Below are positions 37,771 to 48,533 of a stretch of DNA of 64,000 nt, piece after piece. The DNA is taken from contig CAXXYJ010000077.1 of assembly GCA_963664795.2 (NCBI GenBank), positions 6,727 through 70,726 on the forward strand. The letters are read 5' to 3'. This DNA comes from Chloroflexota bacterium. GTDB taxonomy: Bacteria; Chloroflexota; UBA11872; VXNJ01. Below the pieces are notes generated by a model. That model was not told the DNA's origin, searched no databases, and saw only the letters and a list, made by a program, of their open reading frames with translations. Every line of letters begins with the position of its first letter. The stretch's first letter is position 1. The position numbers were made by a program, and so were the translations under genes.

Positions 37771-38455
37771 ATGGAAGACGCCATCGCTGCGGGCCGGGTG
37801 CTGGTAAACGGGGAACCGGCCCGCGTCGGCCAGCAGGTCGATCCGGATTCGGACCGGATCGAATTCGACGGCCGCCTGCTGCGGCACCCCTCGCCGGCGC
37901 TGGAATACATCCTGCTGAACAAGCCGCGCGGGGTCATTACGACCGCCGCCGACGATCGCGGCCGCAGGACCGTCGTCGACCTGGTCGATACCGGGGCGCG
38001 GGTGTTTCCGGTCGGGCGGCTCGACCGCTACTCGGAGGGGCTGGTCCTGCTGACCAACGACGGGGCGCTGGCCAACCGGCTGACCCATCCTCGATTCGGT
38101 CACCGGCGCCGCTACCTGGTCACGGTGGAGGGACGGCTGGCCGGCGGCGACCTGCTGCGGCTGCGGACCGGGATAGTGATCGGCGACCGACGGACGCGCC
38201 CGGCCGAAGTCCGGGTACGCTCCCAGACCGGGGAACCGGACCGTCCTGGAGATGGCCTTGCGGGAGGGGCGCAACCGCCAGATAAGGCGCATGCTGGCCG
38301 CCTGCGGGCGCAGGGTCAAGCGCCTGGTGCGGATCGAATTCGCCGGGCTGCGGATCGACGCCCTGCGACCGGGCCAGCAACGCCGTCTCGACCGGGACGA
38401 AATTGCCGAACTCAGGCGCGTCGCCGGCGTCGCAGATAAAGGCGTCCCCAACTGA
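37771..38455 (+). pseudogene. rluB: rRNA pseudouridine synthase (RsuA/RluB family), frameshifted at 38230-38233; 5' end unresolved
   Basis: ORF 37771..38439 gives the S4 C-part plus the catalytic core (VFPVGRLDRYSEGLVLLTNDG, HPRF). The C-terminus NRTVLEMALREGRNRQIRRMLAACG...RLVRIEFAGL continues in ORF 38252..38455 after one extra G in a G4 run. S4 homology (RLHAVLARAGFGSRRA) extends in frame upstream to 37723 with no ATG/GTG/TTG. Confidence 0.75.
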
Positions 38456-38522
38456 AAATGACATGGCTGACGAAACCACCGTGGCAGTCGCCGCAAGCCG
38501 ACGAGATGCGAAGGAACCAGCA

Positions 38523-39704
38523 ATGAGCAGCGGACCCATCATTACCGGCGTCGAGATGACGACCTACGAATTCCTCACCGACGACATGGGCACCGACCGC
38601 CACGGCTTCAATCTGGTCTACTCGCCGGGCGAGAAGCTCAAGCAGGTGGGGGCGATCATCCAGATCCACACCAACGCCGGCATCAGCGGTCAATTCCCGA
38701 TCCACGCCCCGCCGGCGCGGACCCAGGTGGCCATGTGCGCCGGGTACCTGATCGGCAAGGACGTGACCGCGCGCGAGCAGATCTACAACGAGACCAAGCG
38801 CGCCCTGCGCCAGTTCGACATGACCGGTGTCGGGGTGATCGACATCATCCTCTGGGACATCGCCGGCAAGATGTACAACGAGCCGCTCTACCGCCTGCTC
38901 GGCGGCACCCGCCGGCCGCTGGCCGCCTACGCATCGACCGTGCACGGCGACGAGAACGGCGGTCTGACCACGCCGGAGCAGTTCGCCGAGTTCGCGGTCC
39001 GCTGCCGCGACATGGGTTACCCGGCCTTCAAGATCCACGGTTGGGGCCTGGCCGGGTCGAACGTGCAGCGCGAAATCGACAACATCCTGGCCGTGCGCGC
39101 GGCCGTTGGCGACCGGATGGACCTGATGCTGGATCCGGCCTGCGAGCTGGCCACGTTCGGCCAGGCGCTGGCGGTCGGTCGGGCCTGCGACGAGGCGAAC
39201 TTCTTCTGGCTCGAGGACCCCTACCAGGACGGCGGCGTCGCGACCCTTGCCCATCGCAAGCTGCGCGAGTTGCTCAGGACTCCGCTGCTGCAGACCGAAC
39301 ACATCCGGCTGCCCGAGCAGACGATCAACTTCGCTATCGCCGATGCGACCGACTACGTCCGCGCCGGCGCCTACCAGGACGGCGGGGTAACCGGGGTCAT
39401 GAAGATCGCTCATGCCGCCGAGAGCCTCGGGCTCGACGTGGAGCTGCACACGCCCGGCCCGGTTCACCGCCACCTGATGTCGGCGATCCGCAACACCAAC
39501 TACTACGAGCTGGGCCTGGTCCATCCCAACGTCAAGACCAACGCTCCGCACCACCCCGTGTACACGGACTTTGCCGACAATCTCGACTCGATCGATTCGG
39601 ACGGCAACGTATTCGCGCCCGAAGGTCCCGGCCTCGGGGTCACGATCGACTGGGACTGGGTGCGGGCCCACCAGACCGATCACGCCATGCTGGCCGGGAG
39701 CTGA
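38523..39704 (+). CDS. Enolase-superfamily enzyme (mandelate racemase / muconate lactonizing family, sugar-acid-dehydratase-like)
   Basis: From ATG 38523 (AAGGA upstream): ITGVEMTTYEF, KIHGWG, MLDPAC, FFWLEDP, LLQTEH. The tracked ORF starts at 38403. Confidence 0.8.
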   Translation: MSSGPIITGVEMTTYEFLTDDMGTDRHGFNLVYSPGEKLKQVGAIIQIHTNAGISGQFPIHAPPARTQVAMCAGYLIGKDVTAREQIYNETKRALRQFDMTGVGVIDIILWDIAGKMYNEPLYRLLGGTRRPLAAYASTVHGDENGGLTTPEQFAEFAVRCRDMGYPAFKIHGWGLAGSNVQREIDNILAVRAAVGDRMDLMLDPACELATFGQALAVGRACDEANFFWLEDPYQDGGVATLAHRKLRELLRTPLLQTEHIRLPEQTINFAIADATDYVRAGAYQDGGVTGVMKIAHAAESLGLDVELHTPGPVHRHLMSAIRNTNYYELGLVHPNVKTNAPHHPVYTDFADNLDSIDSDGNVFAPEGPGLGVTIDWDWVRAHQTDHAMLAGS

Positions 39705-39743
39705 CCGCCCGCCTGCTTCTTTGCCGGGATTCCGGCGCGCCGG

Positions 39744-41773
39744 TCAGGCGGTATCTTCCAGGAGCTGGTCTCGCAGGGCACAGGGATCGGTCACCGGCTG
39801 CTGGCAGACGAAGCGCCGGCAGACGTGGGCGGTGGCCCGGCCGTTGATCGGCCCGCGGCCGTCAAGTAGCGGCGGTACGCCGTCCCTGCCGACGGCCAGA
39901 ACGCGGTCGGCGCGCCAGTTCGCGCGCACCTGATCGACCAGTGCGCGGGTCGCGTCCGCGTCCCTCTCGCCGGCGATCGCGATCTGCTGGGCCCGCCCGT
40001 CGAGCCAGAGCACCGACTGCAGCCACATCGAAAACGCCGTCCCGTGGCGGATGAAGGTCTCGCCCAGCCCCGGAATCGCCGCCTCGGCCCGTTCCCGCCA
40101 GTCCTCCCGGCCGGTCAGCGCCCACAGGCGCAGCATCAGCCGGGTGGCCAGCGCCGCACCCGAGGGCGTGGCGTTGTCCTCGCGCCGGCGCGGCCGCACG
40201 ATCAGGTCGTCCTGCCCGGCGGCCGTATCGCAGAGGTTGCCCTCGTCGTCGACGAATCGCTCCAGCATCTGCTGGGCCAGGCCCTGGGCCAGCCGGAACC
40301 AGCGCGGGTCGAAATCGGCTTCGTACAGGGTCAGCAGGGCGTCGCCTAGCGCGGCGTAGTCCTCCAGGAATCCGACCCGCCCGGCCCGGCCCTCGGCCCA
40401 GGAGTGGACCAGGTTGCCGCCGGGCGACATCTGCTCGAGCAGAAATTCGGCGTTCGCCCGCGCCGCATCCAGGTAGGCGGGCTCGTCCAGCGCCGCCCCG
40501 GCCTGGGCCAGGCTTGAAAGCATGAGCGCGTTCCAGGAAGCGACCGCCTTGCGATCGGTGGCGGGGAGCGATCCGGTCGCGGCGGGCCTCCAGCAGCGTC
40601 CTGCGGGCGGCGGCAACCTTGGCCAGCAGCAGCTCGGTCGACATCCCCAGCCGGCTGGCCAGCGGGGCCGGATCGGAGGGTTCGTGCAGTATGTTGCGGC
40701 CCTCGAAATTGCCGCCCAGGGTCACGTCGAAATAACTGCAGACCGCCTTGGCGTCCTCGCCCAGGAGCTTTTGGACCTCGTCCAGGTCCCAGACGTAGTA
40801 CTTGCCCTCCACCCCTTCCGAATCCGCGTCCTGGGCGGCGTAGAACCAGCCCTGCGGGCCGCGCATTTCCGAGAGCACGTAGTCGAACGTGCGCCGGGCA
40901 ACGTCCAGGTAGCGCTGGTTGCCGGTCAGCTGCCAGGCGTGCAGGTAGCAGCCGGAAAGCTGGGCGTTGTCGTAGAGCATTTTTTCAAAATGCGGGACGA
41001 GCCAGACCGCATCGACCGAGTAGCGGTGGAATCCGCCGCCGAGGTGATCGAATATCCCGCCCAGGGCCATCCGGTCGAGCGACCGCAGCGCCGTCTCCAG
41101 GGCCGGCCGGTCGCCGGCCTGGGCGAAGCGTCCCAGCAGGAAGTCGATCGTCATCGCCATCGGGAACTTGGGCTGGTCGCCCCAGCCGCCGTTCTCGTAG
41201 TCGAATCCGGCGCAGATCGCGGTCGCCGCGCGCATGGCCAGGCCCTCGGGCAGCTCGACGCCGCCCAGGGCTCTCGAACTGGTTGAGCCGCTCCAGCAGC
41301 TGTCCGGCCGAGCTGTCGACGTCCTCGCGCCGTTCCCGCCAGGCGTTGGCGATCTGGGAAAGCACGTTCGCGAACGAAGGCATCCCGTAGCGCGACTGCG
41401 GCGGGAAGTAGGTGCCGCCGTAGAAGGGCTCGCCGCTAGGTTTTAGGAACACGCTCATCGGCCAGCCGCCCTGGCCCGAGAGCGCGACGACCGCGTTCAT
41501 GTAGATCGAGTCCACGTCGGGCCGCTCTTCGCGGTCCACCTTGATCGAGATGAATTCGGCGTTGAGCTGCCGGGCCAGGGCCGGGTCCTCGAACGACTCA
41601 TGCGCCATCACGTGGCACCAGTGGCAGGCCGAGTAACCAACGCTCAGGAAGATCGGCTTGTCCTGGGAGCGGGCGGCAGCGAAAGCCTCCTCGCCCCACT
41701 CGTACCAGTCAACCGGGTTTTCGGCGTGCTGGCGCAGGTAAAGGCTGGTTGCTTCGGCTAGGCGGTTGGGCAC
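39744..41773 (-). pseudogene. Thioredoxin-domain / DUF255 (YyaL, SSP411-like) protein, two +1 frameshifts
   Basis: GTG 41773 gives [44 protein letters not shown] (ORF 40985..42016). It continues [36 protein letters not shown] (ORF 39862..41235), then PATDRKAVASWNALMLSSLA...VCRRFVCQQPV (ORF 39744..40616). Removing one base at 41268-70 and one at 40563-66 yields a single 675-aa protein. Confidence 0.8.
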
Positions 41774-41834
41774 TCGGGGGTCCGGACGATTAGCATGGGG
41801 CAGTTTCGGGCCAGTGGGAAGCCGGCAGCCAGCG

Positions 41835-42575
41835 ATGGACGTATTCGATCCGCCCGGTGTGTACGACCAGGCGCATTTTCCGTCCGGGACCGCGCAGCGC
41901 CCGTTCGTGGCCGCCAATTTCATCATCACCGCCGACGGCTCGGCGCGCAAACCGGGCCCGGACCATCGGCACTTCTCCGGTCCGGCCGACCGCCGCAGCA
42001 TGCGCCGGCTGCGCATTCATTTCGACGCCATCCTGCGCGGGTCCAGGACCCTCGAACTCAATCCGCGCCGCGATCTCGGCAATCCCGCCATCCGGGCCGC
42101 CCTGGCCCAGTGCGGTCGCAGGCAACCCCTGGTTGTGGCGGTAACCAACCGCGGCGACATCGATCCGGCCGCGGCCATGGTGGCCGGGGCCGACGCTAAG
42201 CACCGCCCGCTCATCTGCACGCCCGCGCCGGCGTGCCTCGACCCGGCGGTAACGGCGGCCTGCGACGTCTGGGATTTCCCGCAAAAGCCGCTGGACCTGT
42301 CGGCGGTGCTGGCCCGCCTGGGTGGTCGTCGCGGCGTTCGCCGGGTCCTCTGCGAGGGCGGTCCGACCCTGCTGCGTTCGCTGCTTGAGGCCGGCCTGGT
42401 GGACGAATTGCTGCTGACCATCGCCCCGCGCCTGCTCGGTGACCCTGAAGGATTGCGGCTGGTCGGCGGCGGGTCACCGTTTCCCCCGGAAAGGGCCCCG
42501 CGGCTGGAACTTGTCGACGTCCAGCGGGTGGACCAGGAACTTTTCCTGCGCTACCGCGTGGACCGGCCCGCCTGA
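41835..42575 (+). CDS. RibD C-terminal-domain / dihydrofolate-reductase-like reductase
   Basis: From ATG 41835: [57 protein letters not shown]. Confidence 0.7.
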   Translation: MDVFDPPGVYDQAHFPSGTAQRPFVAANFIITADGSARKPGPDHRHFSGPADRRSMRRLRIHFDAILRGSRTLELNPRRDLGNPAIRAALAQCGRRQPLVVAVTNRGDIDPAAAMVAGADAKHRPLICTPAPACLDPAVTAACDVWDFPQKPLDLSAVLARLGGRRGVRRVLCEGGPTLLRSLLEAGLVDELLLTIAPRLLGDPEGLRLVGGGSPFPPERAPRLELVDVQRVDQELFLRYRVDRPA

Positions 42576-42584
42576 ATTGCCCGG

Positions 42585-43382
42585 CTAGGGATCGGGATCG
42601 GGTGCGAACCGCTCGATCGAGTTCTCGTAGATGATGCAGCGCAGGACCGCCAGGAAGGTCAGCAGCAGCATGTTGGCCAGGTTGGCCACCACCAGGGCCA
42701 CGGCGCTCAATATTCCGCTCTCGGAAGTAATCAGCGAGGTCAGGATCGCGCCGGCGATCGAAAGGACCCAGTAGAGCACGATTTCGGATCCGGTCAGGCG
42801 CGCCAGGCGCAGCGACTCGTACAGCAGGTTTGGCACGCTGGCGCCGGTGTCCACAAGCAGCGGAACGAAGTAGAAAGAGACGAACAGGTAGGCGATCACC
42901 GCGCCGGCTCCCAGCATGGCCCCGATCACCCCCAGGGCGGGATTGACCAGCGCCAGGAATCCGATCACCGCCCCGATGGCCAGCGCCAGCGCCAGCCAGG
43001 AGAGCGCGAACAGGAGTATCCCCCGCAGGCAGCCCTGGATTACCCGCCAGCCCGCCTGCAGGTCGACGCCGCCGAGGCGGTAGGCGGCCAGCCCGTTGAA
43101 GGTCACCCCCACTTCCAGCAGCAGTCCGATCACGAACAGGACCGCGAAGATCGCCGCGGTGGCCAGCAGGAAGTCGCCGAATTCGGCAAAGTCGGTCGCG
43201 GCATCGAACGCGGGCATTTCCGGCAGCAGGAAGCGGCCGGCCAGGAACGATGCGACCGTCCCGATGGCCAGCCAGACCGCCAGGATCGGGTTGTCGGAAA
43301 AAACCAGGTAGGCGACCCGCGCGAATGACCAAAATCCCCAGGGGATGGCGTCGGGGCGCCTAGACTCTAGCTCGTCGTCCAC
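42585..43382 (-). CDS. Multi-pass membrane protein, unknown function
   Basis: At least six hydrophobic helices. Start set to GTG 43382, because the tracked ORF to 43604 would run antisense through the neighbouring gene; the start is uncertain. Confidence 0.55.
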   Translation of the reverse strand: MDDELESRRPDAIPWGFWSFARVAYLVFSDNPILAVWLAIGTVASFLAGRFLLPEMPAFDAATDFAEFGDFLLATAAIFAVLFVIGLLLEVGVTFNGLAAYRLGGVDLQAGWRVIQGCLRGILLFALSWLALALAIGAVIGFLALVNPALGVIGAMLGAGAVIAYLFVSFYFVPLLVDTGASVPNLLYESLRLARLTGSEIVLYWVLSIAGAILTSLITSESGILSAVALVVANLANMLLLTFLAVLRCIIYENSIERFAPDPDP

Positions 43383-43437
43383 AGATGATCCGGATCGGGT
43401 TGGAATGCAACCCGAAATTGTAGGAGCGAGGAGCCAA

Positions 43438-43740
43438 GTGACCGCCGCCAGCGCCATCCAATTGGCCCCCACCGACAACGTCGCCACCATGGTCAGCGCG
43501 GCCGAGGCCGGGCAGGCGGTGACGATCAATTCGGGCGACGGGCGCCGGCAGGTCTGCGCCGCCGAGCAGATTCCCTTCGGATTCAAGATCGCGGTCGCCG
43601 ACATATCGACCGGCGAACAGGTCTACAAGTACGGCGCCTCGATCGGGCAGGCCACCGCCGCCATCGCGGTCGGCACGCTCGTCCACGTCCACAACCTGGC
43701 CGGACTGCGCGCCGGCGGGGATACCGGGAGAACCGGATGA
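43438..43740 (+). CDS. UxaA-family dehydratase small subunit (SAF domain)
   Basis: GTG 43438 preceded by GGAGCGAGGAG. APTDNVATMV, IPFGFKIAVADISTGEQVYKYGASIGQAT, GTLVHVHN. Confidence 0.8.
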   Translation: MTAASAIQLAPTDNVATMVSAAEAGQAVTINSGDGRRQVCAAEQIPFGFKIAVADISTGEQVYKYGASIGQATAAIAVGTLVHVHNLAGLRAGGDTGRTG

Positions 43741-44912
43741 ATTCGACGTTCCTTGGCTACCCGCGGTCCGACGGCGGCGCCGGCACCCGCAACCATGTCC
43801 TGGTCCTGCCCGGCGGCTGGGAATGCCAGCAGATCGTGAACATGGTCCACGGCACGGTAACGCCGACCTCGGCCGACCTGGGGGTCGCGCGCACCCGATC
43901 GGACCGCGAGACCATCGCCCGCATGCACGTGGGCCTGGCGCTCAACCCGAACGTCTACGCGGTGGTGATTGTCACCGCCGGGGGCAAAGCCAACGAGGGG
44001 ATGCTCAACGGACTGCACGCCGAGGAACCCTGCCGCTCGGCCGGCAAGCCGGTCGAGATCGTTGACTGCGACGGCTGGGACGCGATCGCCCGGGGCAGCC
44101 GGGCGGCGGCGCGCCTGGTCCACGAAGCCTCGGCCCAGCGCCGCCAGGAAGTCGACGCGTCGAACCTGCGGGTCGGGGTCAAGTGCGGGGCCTCCGATCC
44201 GACATCGGGGCTGGTCGGCAACCCCTCGCTGGGGCGGATGTTCGACCGGGTGGTCGATGCCGGCGGAACGGCGATTTTTTCCGAAACTACCGAGGTGATC
44301 GGGGCCGAGCACGAACTCGCCGAACGCTGCGTGAATCCCCAGGTGCGCAAGCGGTTCCTGGAGCTGGTCGAAAACCACGAGGAAGTGGCGCGCGGCGTCG
44401 GCCAGGACATCCGCACCATCAACCCGGTGCCGGCCAACATCGCGGCCGGCATCAGCACGCTGGAGGAAAAGAGCCTGGGGGCGGTCCACAAGGGCGGGAC
44501 GGCGCCGATCGCCGGCGTGCTCGAATACGCCGAACGCCCGGCCGCGCCCGGGCTCTATTTCATGGACAGCTCCGTCTCGCACGTGGTGGTCCTGCCCGGT
44601 ATGGCCGGCGCCGGCTGCAACGTGGTCTTCTTCCAGCTCGGCGGCGGCGGCTGGTCGCGCCGGACCCTGACCGGGGGGCAGGGGATCGTCGCCCCGCAGA
44701 TGTGGGTGACCGGCAATCCCACGACCGCGGCGCGCGTGGAAGGCATCGATTTCTCGTCCGGACCGGTCATATCGGAAGGCCGGTCGATCGAAGAATTGGG
44801 TGACCAACTCTTCGACCTGGTGCTCGAGGTGGCGTCGGGCCGCTTGTCCCGGACTGAGATGCTGCGATTCTTCGACCCGGTCCAGTACTACCTGCCCGGT
44901 CCAAGCTTCTGA
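43737..44912 (+). CDS. UxaA-family dehydratase large subunit (altronate/galactarate-dehydratase-like)
   Basis: MNSTFLGYPRSDGGAGTRNHVLVLP, GVKCGASDPTSG, ATGA overlap with the small subunit. Confidence 0.85.
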   Translation: MNSTFLGYPRSDGGAGTRNHVLVLPGGWECQQIVNMVHGTVTPTSADLGVARTRSDRETIARMHVGLALNPNVYAVVIVTAGGKANEGMLNGLHAEEPCRSAGKPVEIVDCDGWDAIARGSRAAARLVHEASAQRRQEVDASNLRVGVKCGASDPTSGLVGNPSLGRMFDRVVDAGGTAIFSETTEVIGAEHELAERCVNPQVRKRFLELVENHEEVARGVGQDIRTINPVPANIAAGISTLEEKSLGAVHKGGTAPIAGVLEYAERPAAPGLYFMDSSVSHVVVLPGMAGAGCNVVFFQLGGGGWSRRTLTGGQGIVAPQMWVTGNPTTAARVEGIDFSSGPVISEGRSIEELGDQLFDLVLEVASGRLSRTEMLRFFDPVQYYLPGPSF

Positions 44913-45065
44913 CCCGGGCGGCCGGGGGATTAAAGCCCGGTCGCAGCGGGATTGACCGCGGTCTCCGGAGGAGCGCCAGGTTCCGATCCGTAAGCCGGAC
45001 CGGACCCCTTGCGTGCCGGTCGAGCGCGGCGGTTTCGGGCAGCGGATAGGAATCGCCGCCGCGGG

Positions 45066-46679
45066 CTATGGAGCCCCTTCGAAGAGATCGAGCAATTCAT
45101 CAGGCAGCGGATCGAAGAAATCCGGCCCTATCGTCGCCTGGCCGCGCCCGAGCCCGATCGGCCGCGGCGCCCCGGTCTCCAGCTCCGCCCAGGCCAGCGG
45201 GAGAAAGAGGGCCAGATCGGAGGCCAGCACTCCGGCCGCGGCCATGTCGGTCGCCGCCAGCTGGCCGCCGCGGGCGTGCAGGTAAACACCCAGGCGGGCA
45301 GCGTCCCAGGCGTTGAGCCCGCCGCCCAGCAATGCGGCAATCAGGCCGGTGAGGACGTCCCCGGTGCCGGCGCTGGCCAGCGCCGGGGCGATCAGCGGGC
45401 AGACGCAGTACCGCCCGTCCGGCCGGGCCACTATCGTGCCGGCGCCCTTGTGCACGACCACCGCGCCGGAGAGTGCGGAAGCGGTCCGGGCGGCCGCCAG
45501 CCGGTCGGCCTGCACGTCGCCGCGATCGATTCCCAGCAGGCGCGCCATTTCGCCTGGGTGGGGAGTCAGGACCACCGCCCCGGCAGCGTTTGGGGCCGCA
45601 GCGCCTCGCAGCGGCGAGATCAGGGTCAGCGCGTCGGCGTCCAGAACGATCGGTCGAGCCGGACCGTCCTGACCGGCCAGCCACTCAATGACCCGCTCCG
45701 GTCCGGCGCCGGTTCCCAGCCCCGGCCCGGCCGCGATGGCCGCCGCCCTGCCCGCGGCCGCCTTGAGGGCGCCGATCGCGTTCGGCCGCACCTCGCCCGA
45801 GGCAGCTTCCAGGACCGTGTAGGTGGGTACCAGCAGCTGGGCGGCAACCGCGGCCGCGACCGTTTCCGGGGCGGCCAGCTCGACATAACCGGCTCCGCCG
45901 CGCAGGGCCCCGCCGCAGACCAGGCCGGCCGCGCCCCGGTAACTGGTCGAGCCGGCGATCGCCAGCACCCGGCCGAACGTCCCCTTGTGCGCGTCGATTG
46001 GACGCCAGGGAAGTAGCCCGGCGGCCACTTCGGCGTCCAGGGCGTGGCCCGAACCCGGATTCCCCAGGCCGATGTCGGTGGTCCGGACGCGGCCGGCATG
46101 GGGCCGGGCCGGGAACTGCAGCACTCCGAGCTTGCACGGACCGGCGCAGACCGTCAGGTCCGCCGCAAATGCTGCGGGATCGGCGGCGCCGGTCTGCGCG
46201 TCGATTCCAGATGGCATGTCCAGCGCGACCTTGAAGCCCGCCAGGGACCGGGCCTCGTCCAGCATCCGGGCGACCGGCCCGCGCAGCGGCGGCGCCGACC
46301 CGATCCCCAGCAGCGCATCGACCAAGAGATCCGAATCCCCCGCCGAACGACTGACCGCGCCCGTGGCGTAGGGGATCAATTCGATTGCCGGATTTTGCGC
46401 GGCGGCGGCAGCGGCGTCGTCGCGGGGCCGCGAGCAGATGAGTCGGACGCGGCATCCGGCTGCGGCCAGCCGGGCGGCCACGATGAGGCCATCGCCGCCG
46501 TTCGAGCCGGGCCCGACGAGCACGGTCGCCGATTTGCCGGACAGTTCTCCGAATTGATCGACGATTACCCCGAACATCGCCGACCCGGCCCGCAGCATCA
46601 GCTCGTCGACCCCGGTGCCGGCGTCGAAGGCGGCGTTCTCGGCCTCCCGCATCTGGGCGACCGTGCAGACCCGGATCAC
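45066..46679 (-). CDS. nnr: Bifunctional NAD(P)H-hydrate repair enzyme (epimerase / ADP-dependent dehydratase)
   Basis: VLVGPGSNGGDGLIVAARL (YjeF_N) and C-terminal carbohydrate-kinase-like GTGDVLTG. Confidence 0.9.
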   Translation of the reverse strand: MIRVCTVAQMREAENAAFDAGTGVDELMLRAGSAMFGVIVDQFGELSGKSATVLVGPGSNGGDGLIVAARLAAAGCRVRLICSRPRDDAAAAAAQNPAIELIPYATGAVSRSAGDSDLLVDALLGIGSAPPLRGPVARMLDEARSLAGFKVALDMPSGIDAQTGAADPAAFAADLTVCAGPCKLGVLQFPARPHAGRVRTTDIGLGNPGSGHALDAEVAAGLLPWRPIDAHKGTFGRVLAIAGSTSYRGAAGLVCGGALRGGAGYVELAAPETVAAAVAAQLLVPTYTVLEAASGEVRPNAIGALKAAAGRAAAIAAGPGLGTGAGPERVIEWLAGQDGPARPIVLDADALTLISPLRGAAAPNAAGAVVLTPHPGEMARLLGIDRGDVQADRLAAARTASALSGAVVVHKGAGTIVARPDGRYCVCPLIAPALASAGTGDVLTGLIAALLGGGLNAWDAARLGVYLHARGGQLAATDMAAAGVLASDLALFLPLAWAELETGAPRPIGLGRGQATIGPDFFDPLPDELLDLFEGAP

Positions 46680-47071
46680 GAGCCGCCCCCGGTCGCCAGG
46701 CCGACCACCTGGGCGATCGCGAGTTCGTCGGTGTGGCTCAGGCTCACTTCCAGGAATGCGACGCCGAGCTCCCCGGCCCGGCGCGCGGCCGCCCCGTGCA
46801 GCCGCACCAGCGGTTTGCCGCGGCGGTCGTTGTAGATTTCCATCTCCCTGAAATAGACGCCCCTGAGCCCGGTGCCCAGGGCCTTGGAGATCGCTTCCTT
46901 GGCCGCAAAGCGCACCGCCAGTTCGGCCACCCGGCCCCGGCAGTAGGCGACTTCGGCCGGAGTGAACACCTTATCCAGGAACCGTTGCGGATGCCGTTCC
47001 AGGACCGCCGCGATTCGCGCGATTTCGATCAGGTCGACGCCCGCCACCGGGCGCGGAAGCGGTTCAGGCAA
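46676..47071 (-). CDS. acpS: Holo-[acyl-carrier-protein] synthase
   Basis: GVDLIEIARI, FAAKEAISKALGTG, LSHTDELAIAQVV. 4-nt overlap with nnr. Confidence 0.9.
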   Translation of the reverse strand: MPEPLPRPVAGVDLIEIARIAAVLERHPQRFLDKVFTPAEVAYCRGRVAELAVRFAAKEAISKALGTGLRGVYFREMEIYNDRRGKPLVRLHGAAARRAGELGVAFLEVSLSHTDELAIAQVVGLATGGGS

Positions 47072-47333
47072 GTACCTGGAAGCCGGGAAAGGACTTCTCC
47101 GGCAGGGCGGTCGATTCGACCGCGGCCACCAGCGCCAGCGGCGGGCCGTCGCGCAGCAAATCCTCCAGCCGGTCCAGGTCGCCGCCGGGGCCGCTGGCGA
47201 CCACCTCGACCGCGCCGTCGGCGGTGTTGCGCACGTTGCCCGAAATCCCCAGTTCGCCGGCCCGCCGCAGCACGAAGGCGCGAAAACCCACTTGCTGCAC
47301 CCGGCCGCGCACCAGCAATCGACGGGTCGCCAT
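47064..47333 (-). CDS. acyP: Acylphosphatase
   Basis: 89 codons at the 3' end of ORF 47064..47825: MATRRLLVRGRVQQVGFRAFVLRRAGELGISGNVRNTADGAVEVV. Confidence 0.85.
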   Translation of the reverse strand: MATRRLLVRGRVQQVGFRAFVLRRAGELGISGNVRNTADGAVEVVASGPGGDLDRLEDLLRDGPPLALVAAVESTALPEKSFPGFQVLA

Positions 47334-47341
47334 CGCTGCCC

Positions 47342-48394
47342 CTACGGGTCCATCCCGAACGCGAGCTGGCCGGGGTCGTCGGCCCGGCTGGGGGCCTCGA
47401 TACCCAGGTGTTCGAACGCCCGGCGGGTGGCCTGCCGTCCGCGCGGGGTTCGGGCCAGGTAACCGATCTGCAGAAGATACGGCTCGTGGTAGTCCTCGAT
47501 GGTGGCGGGATCCTCCGACAGCGAGGCCGCGATCGTGTTGATCCCCACCGGTCCGCCGTCGTACTTTTCCACGATCGTGGCCAGGATCCGGCGGTCCATG
47601 TCGTCGAGCCCCTGGCGGTCGATGTCCAGCATCTCGAGGGCCTCCTCGGCCAGCTCGGTCGTGATCGACCCGTCGCCCTTGACCTGGCAGTAGTCGCGCA
47701 CGCGGCGCAGCAGCCGGTTGCAGACCCGCGCCGTCCCGCGCGCGCGGGTGGAGATCATCTCGGCGGCCTCGGGCCGGATCTGGACCTGAAGCAGGCTGGC
47801 GGACCGATTGATGATCGCGGCGCATTCGGGGTCCGAGTAGTAGTCGAGTCGGTAGATTTCCCCGAAGCGGTCGCGCAGCGGCGCCGACAGGAGTCCCAGC
47901 CGGGTCGTGGCGCCCACGAGCGTGAACGGCTCGATCGCGATCCGATAGGTGCGCTGCGCCGCTCCGGAACCGCGTCCGGTCACCAGGTCGAGCTGGCGGT
48001 CCTCCATGGCCGGGTAGAGGATCTCCTCGACTACCTTGCTCAGCCGGTGAATCTCGTCGATGAACAGCACGTCGCCGGCGCGCAGGCTGTTAAGGAGCGC
48101 GGCCAGATCGCCGGGACGGCCCAGGGCCGGTCCCGAACTGATGCGGATGCTGGACCCGGTCTCGGAGGCGATTATGTGCGCCAGGGAGGTCTTGCCGAGT
48201 CCGGGCGGGCCGGCCAGCAGCACGTGGTCGGTCGGTTCGCCCCGGCCCAGCGCGGCTTCGATGAGGATCCGCAGGCGCGCCTTCACCCGGCCCTGGCCGA
48301 TGAATTCGTCGTCGGCCAGCGAACGCGGCCGCAGCGCCTGCTCGAACTGCTGGTCGGGCGTGCTCTGTTCCGGCGCCACGATCGATTCGGCCAT
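47342..48394 (-). CDS. ruvB: Holliday junction branch-migration helicase RuvB
   Basis: LRPRSL, LLAGPPGLGKTSLA, LFIDEIHRL, C-terminal winged helix. Confidence 0.97.
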   Translation of the reverse strand: MAESIVAPEQSTPDQQFEQALRPRSLADDEFIGQGRVKARLRILIEAALGRGEPTDHVLLAGPPGLGKTSLAHIIASETGSSIRISSGPALGRPGDLAALLNSLRAGDVLFIDEIHRLSKVVEEILYPAMEDRQLDLVTGRGSGAAQRTYRIAIEPFTLVGATTRLGLLSAPLRDRFGEIYRLDYYSDPECAAIINRSASLLQVQIRPEAAEMISTRARGTARVCNRLLRRVRDYCQVKGDGSITTELAEEALEMLDIDRQGLDDMDRRILATIVEKYDGGPVGINTIAASLSEDPATIEDYHEPYLLQIGYLARTPRGRQATRRAFEHLGIEAPSRADDPGQLAFGMDP

Positions 48395-48533
48395 TTCGCC
48401 CTAAACCCGCTCCCGCTTGCGCACGCCCGCCGGACCGAATCCCGTCCGATGCTCCCGGCTGGCGGGGAAATCGGCGGACGGGATCGACCGGTTCGCGGTT
48501 CCTATGATTTTTGACTCGCCGGTTGCCGGCCGT

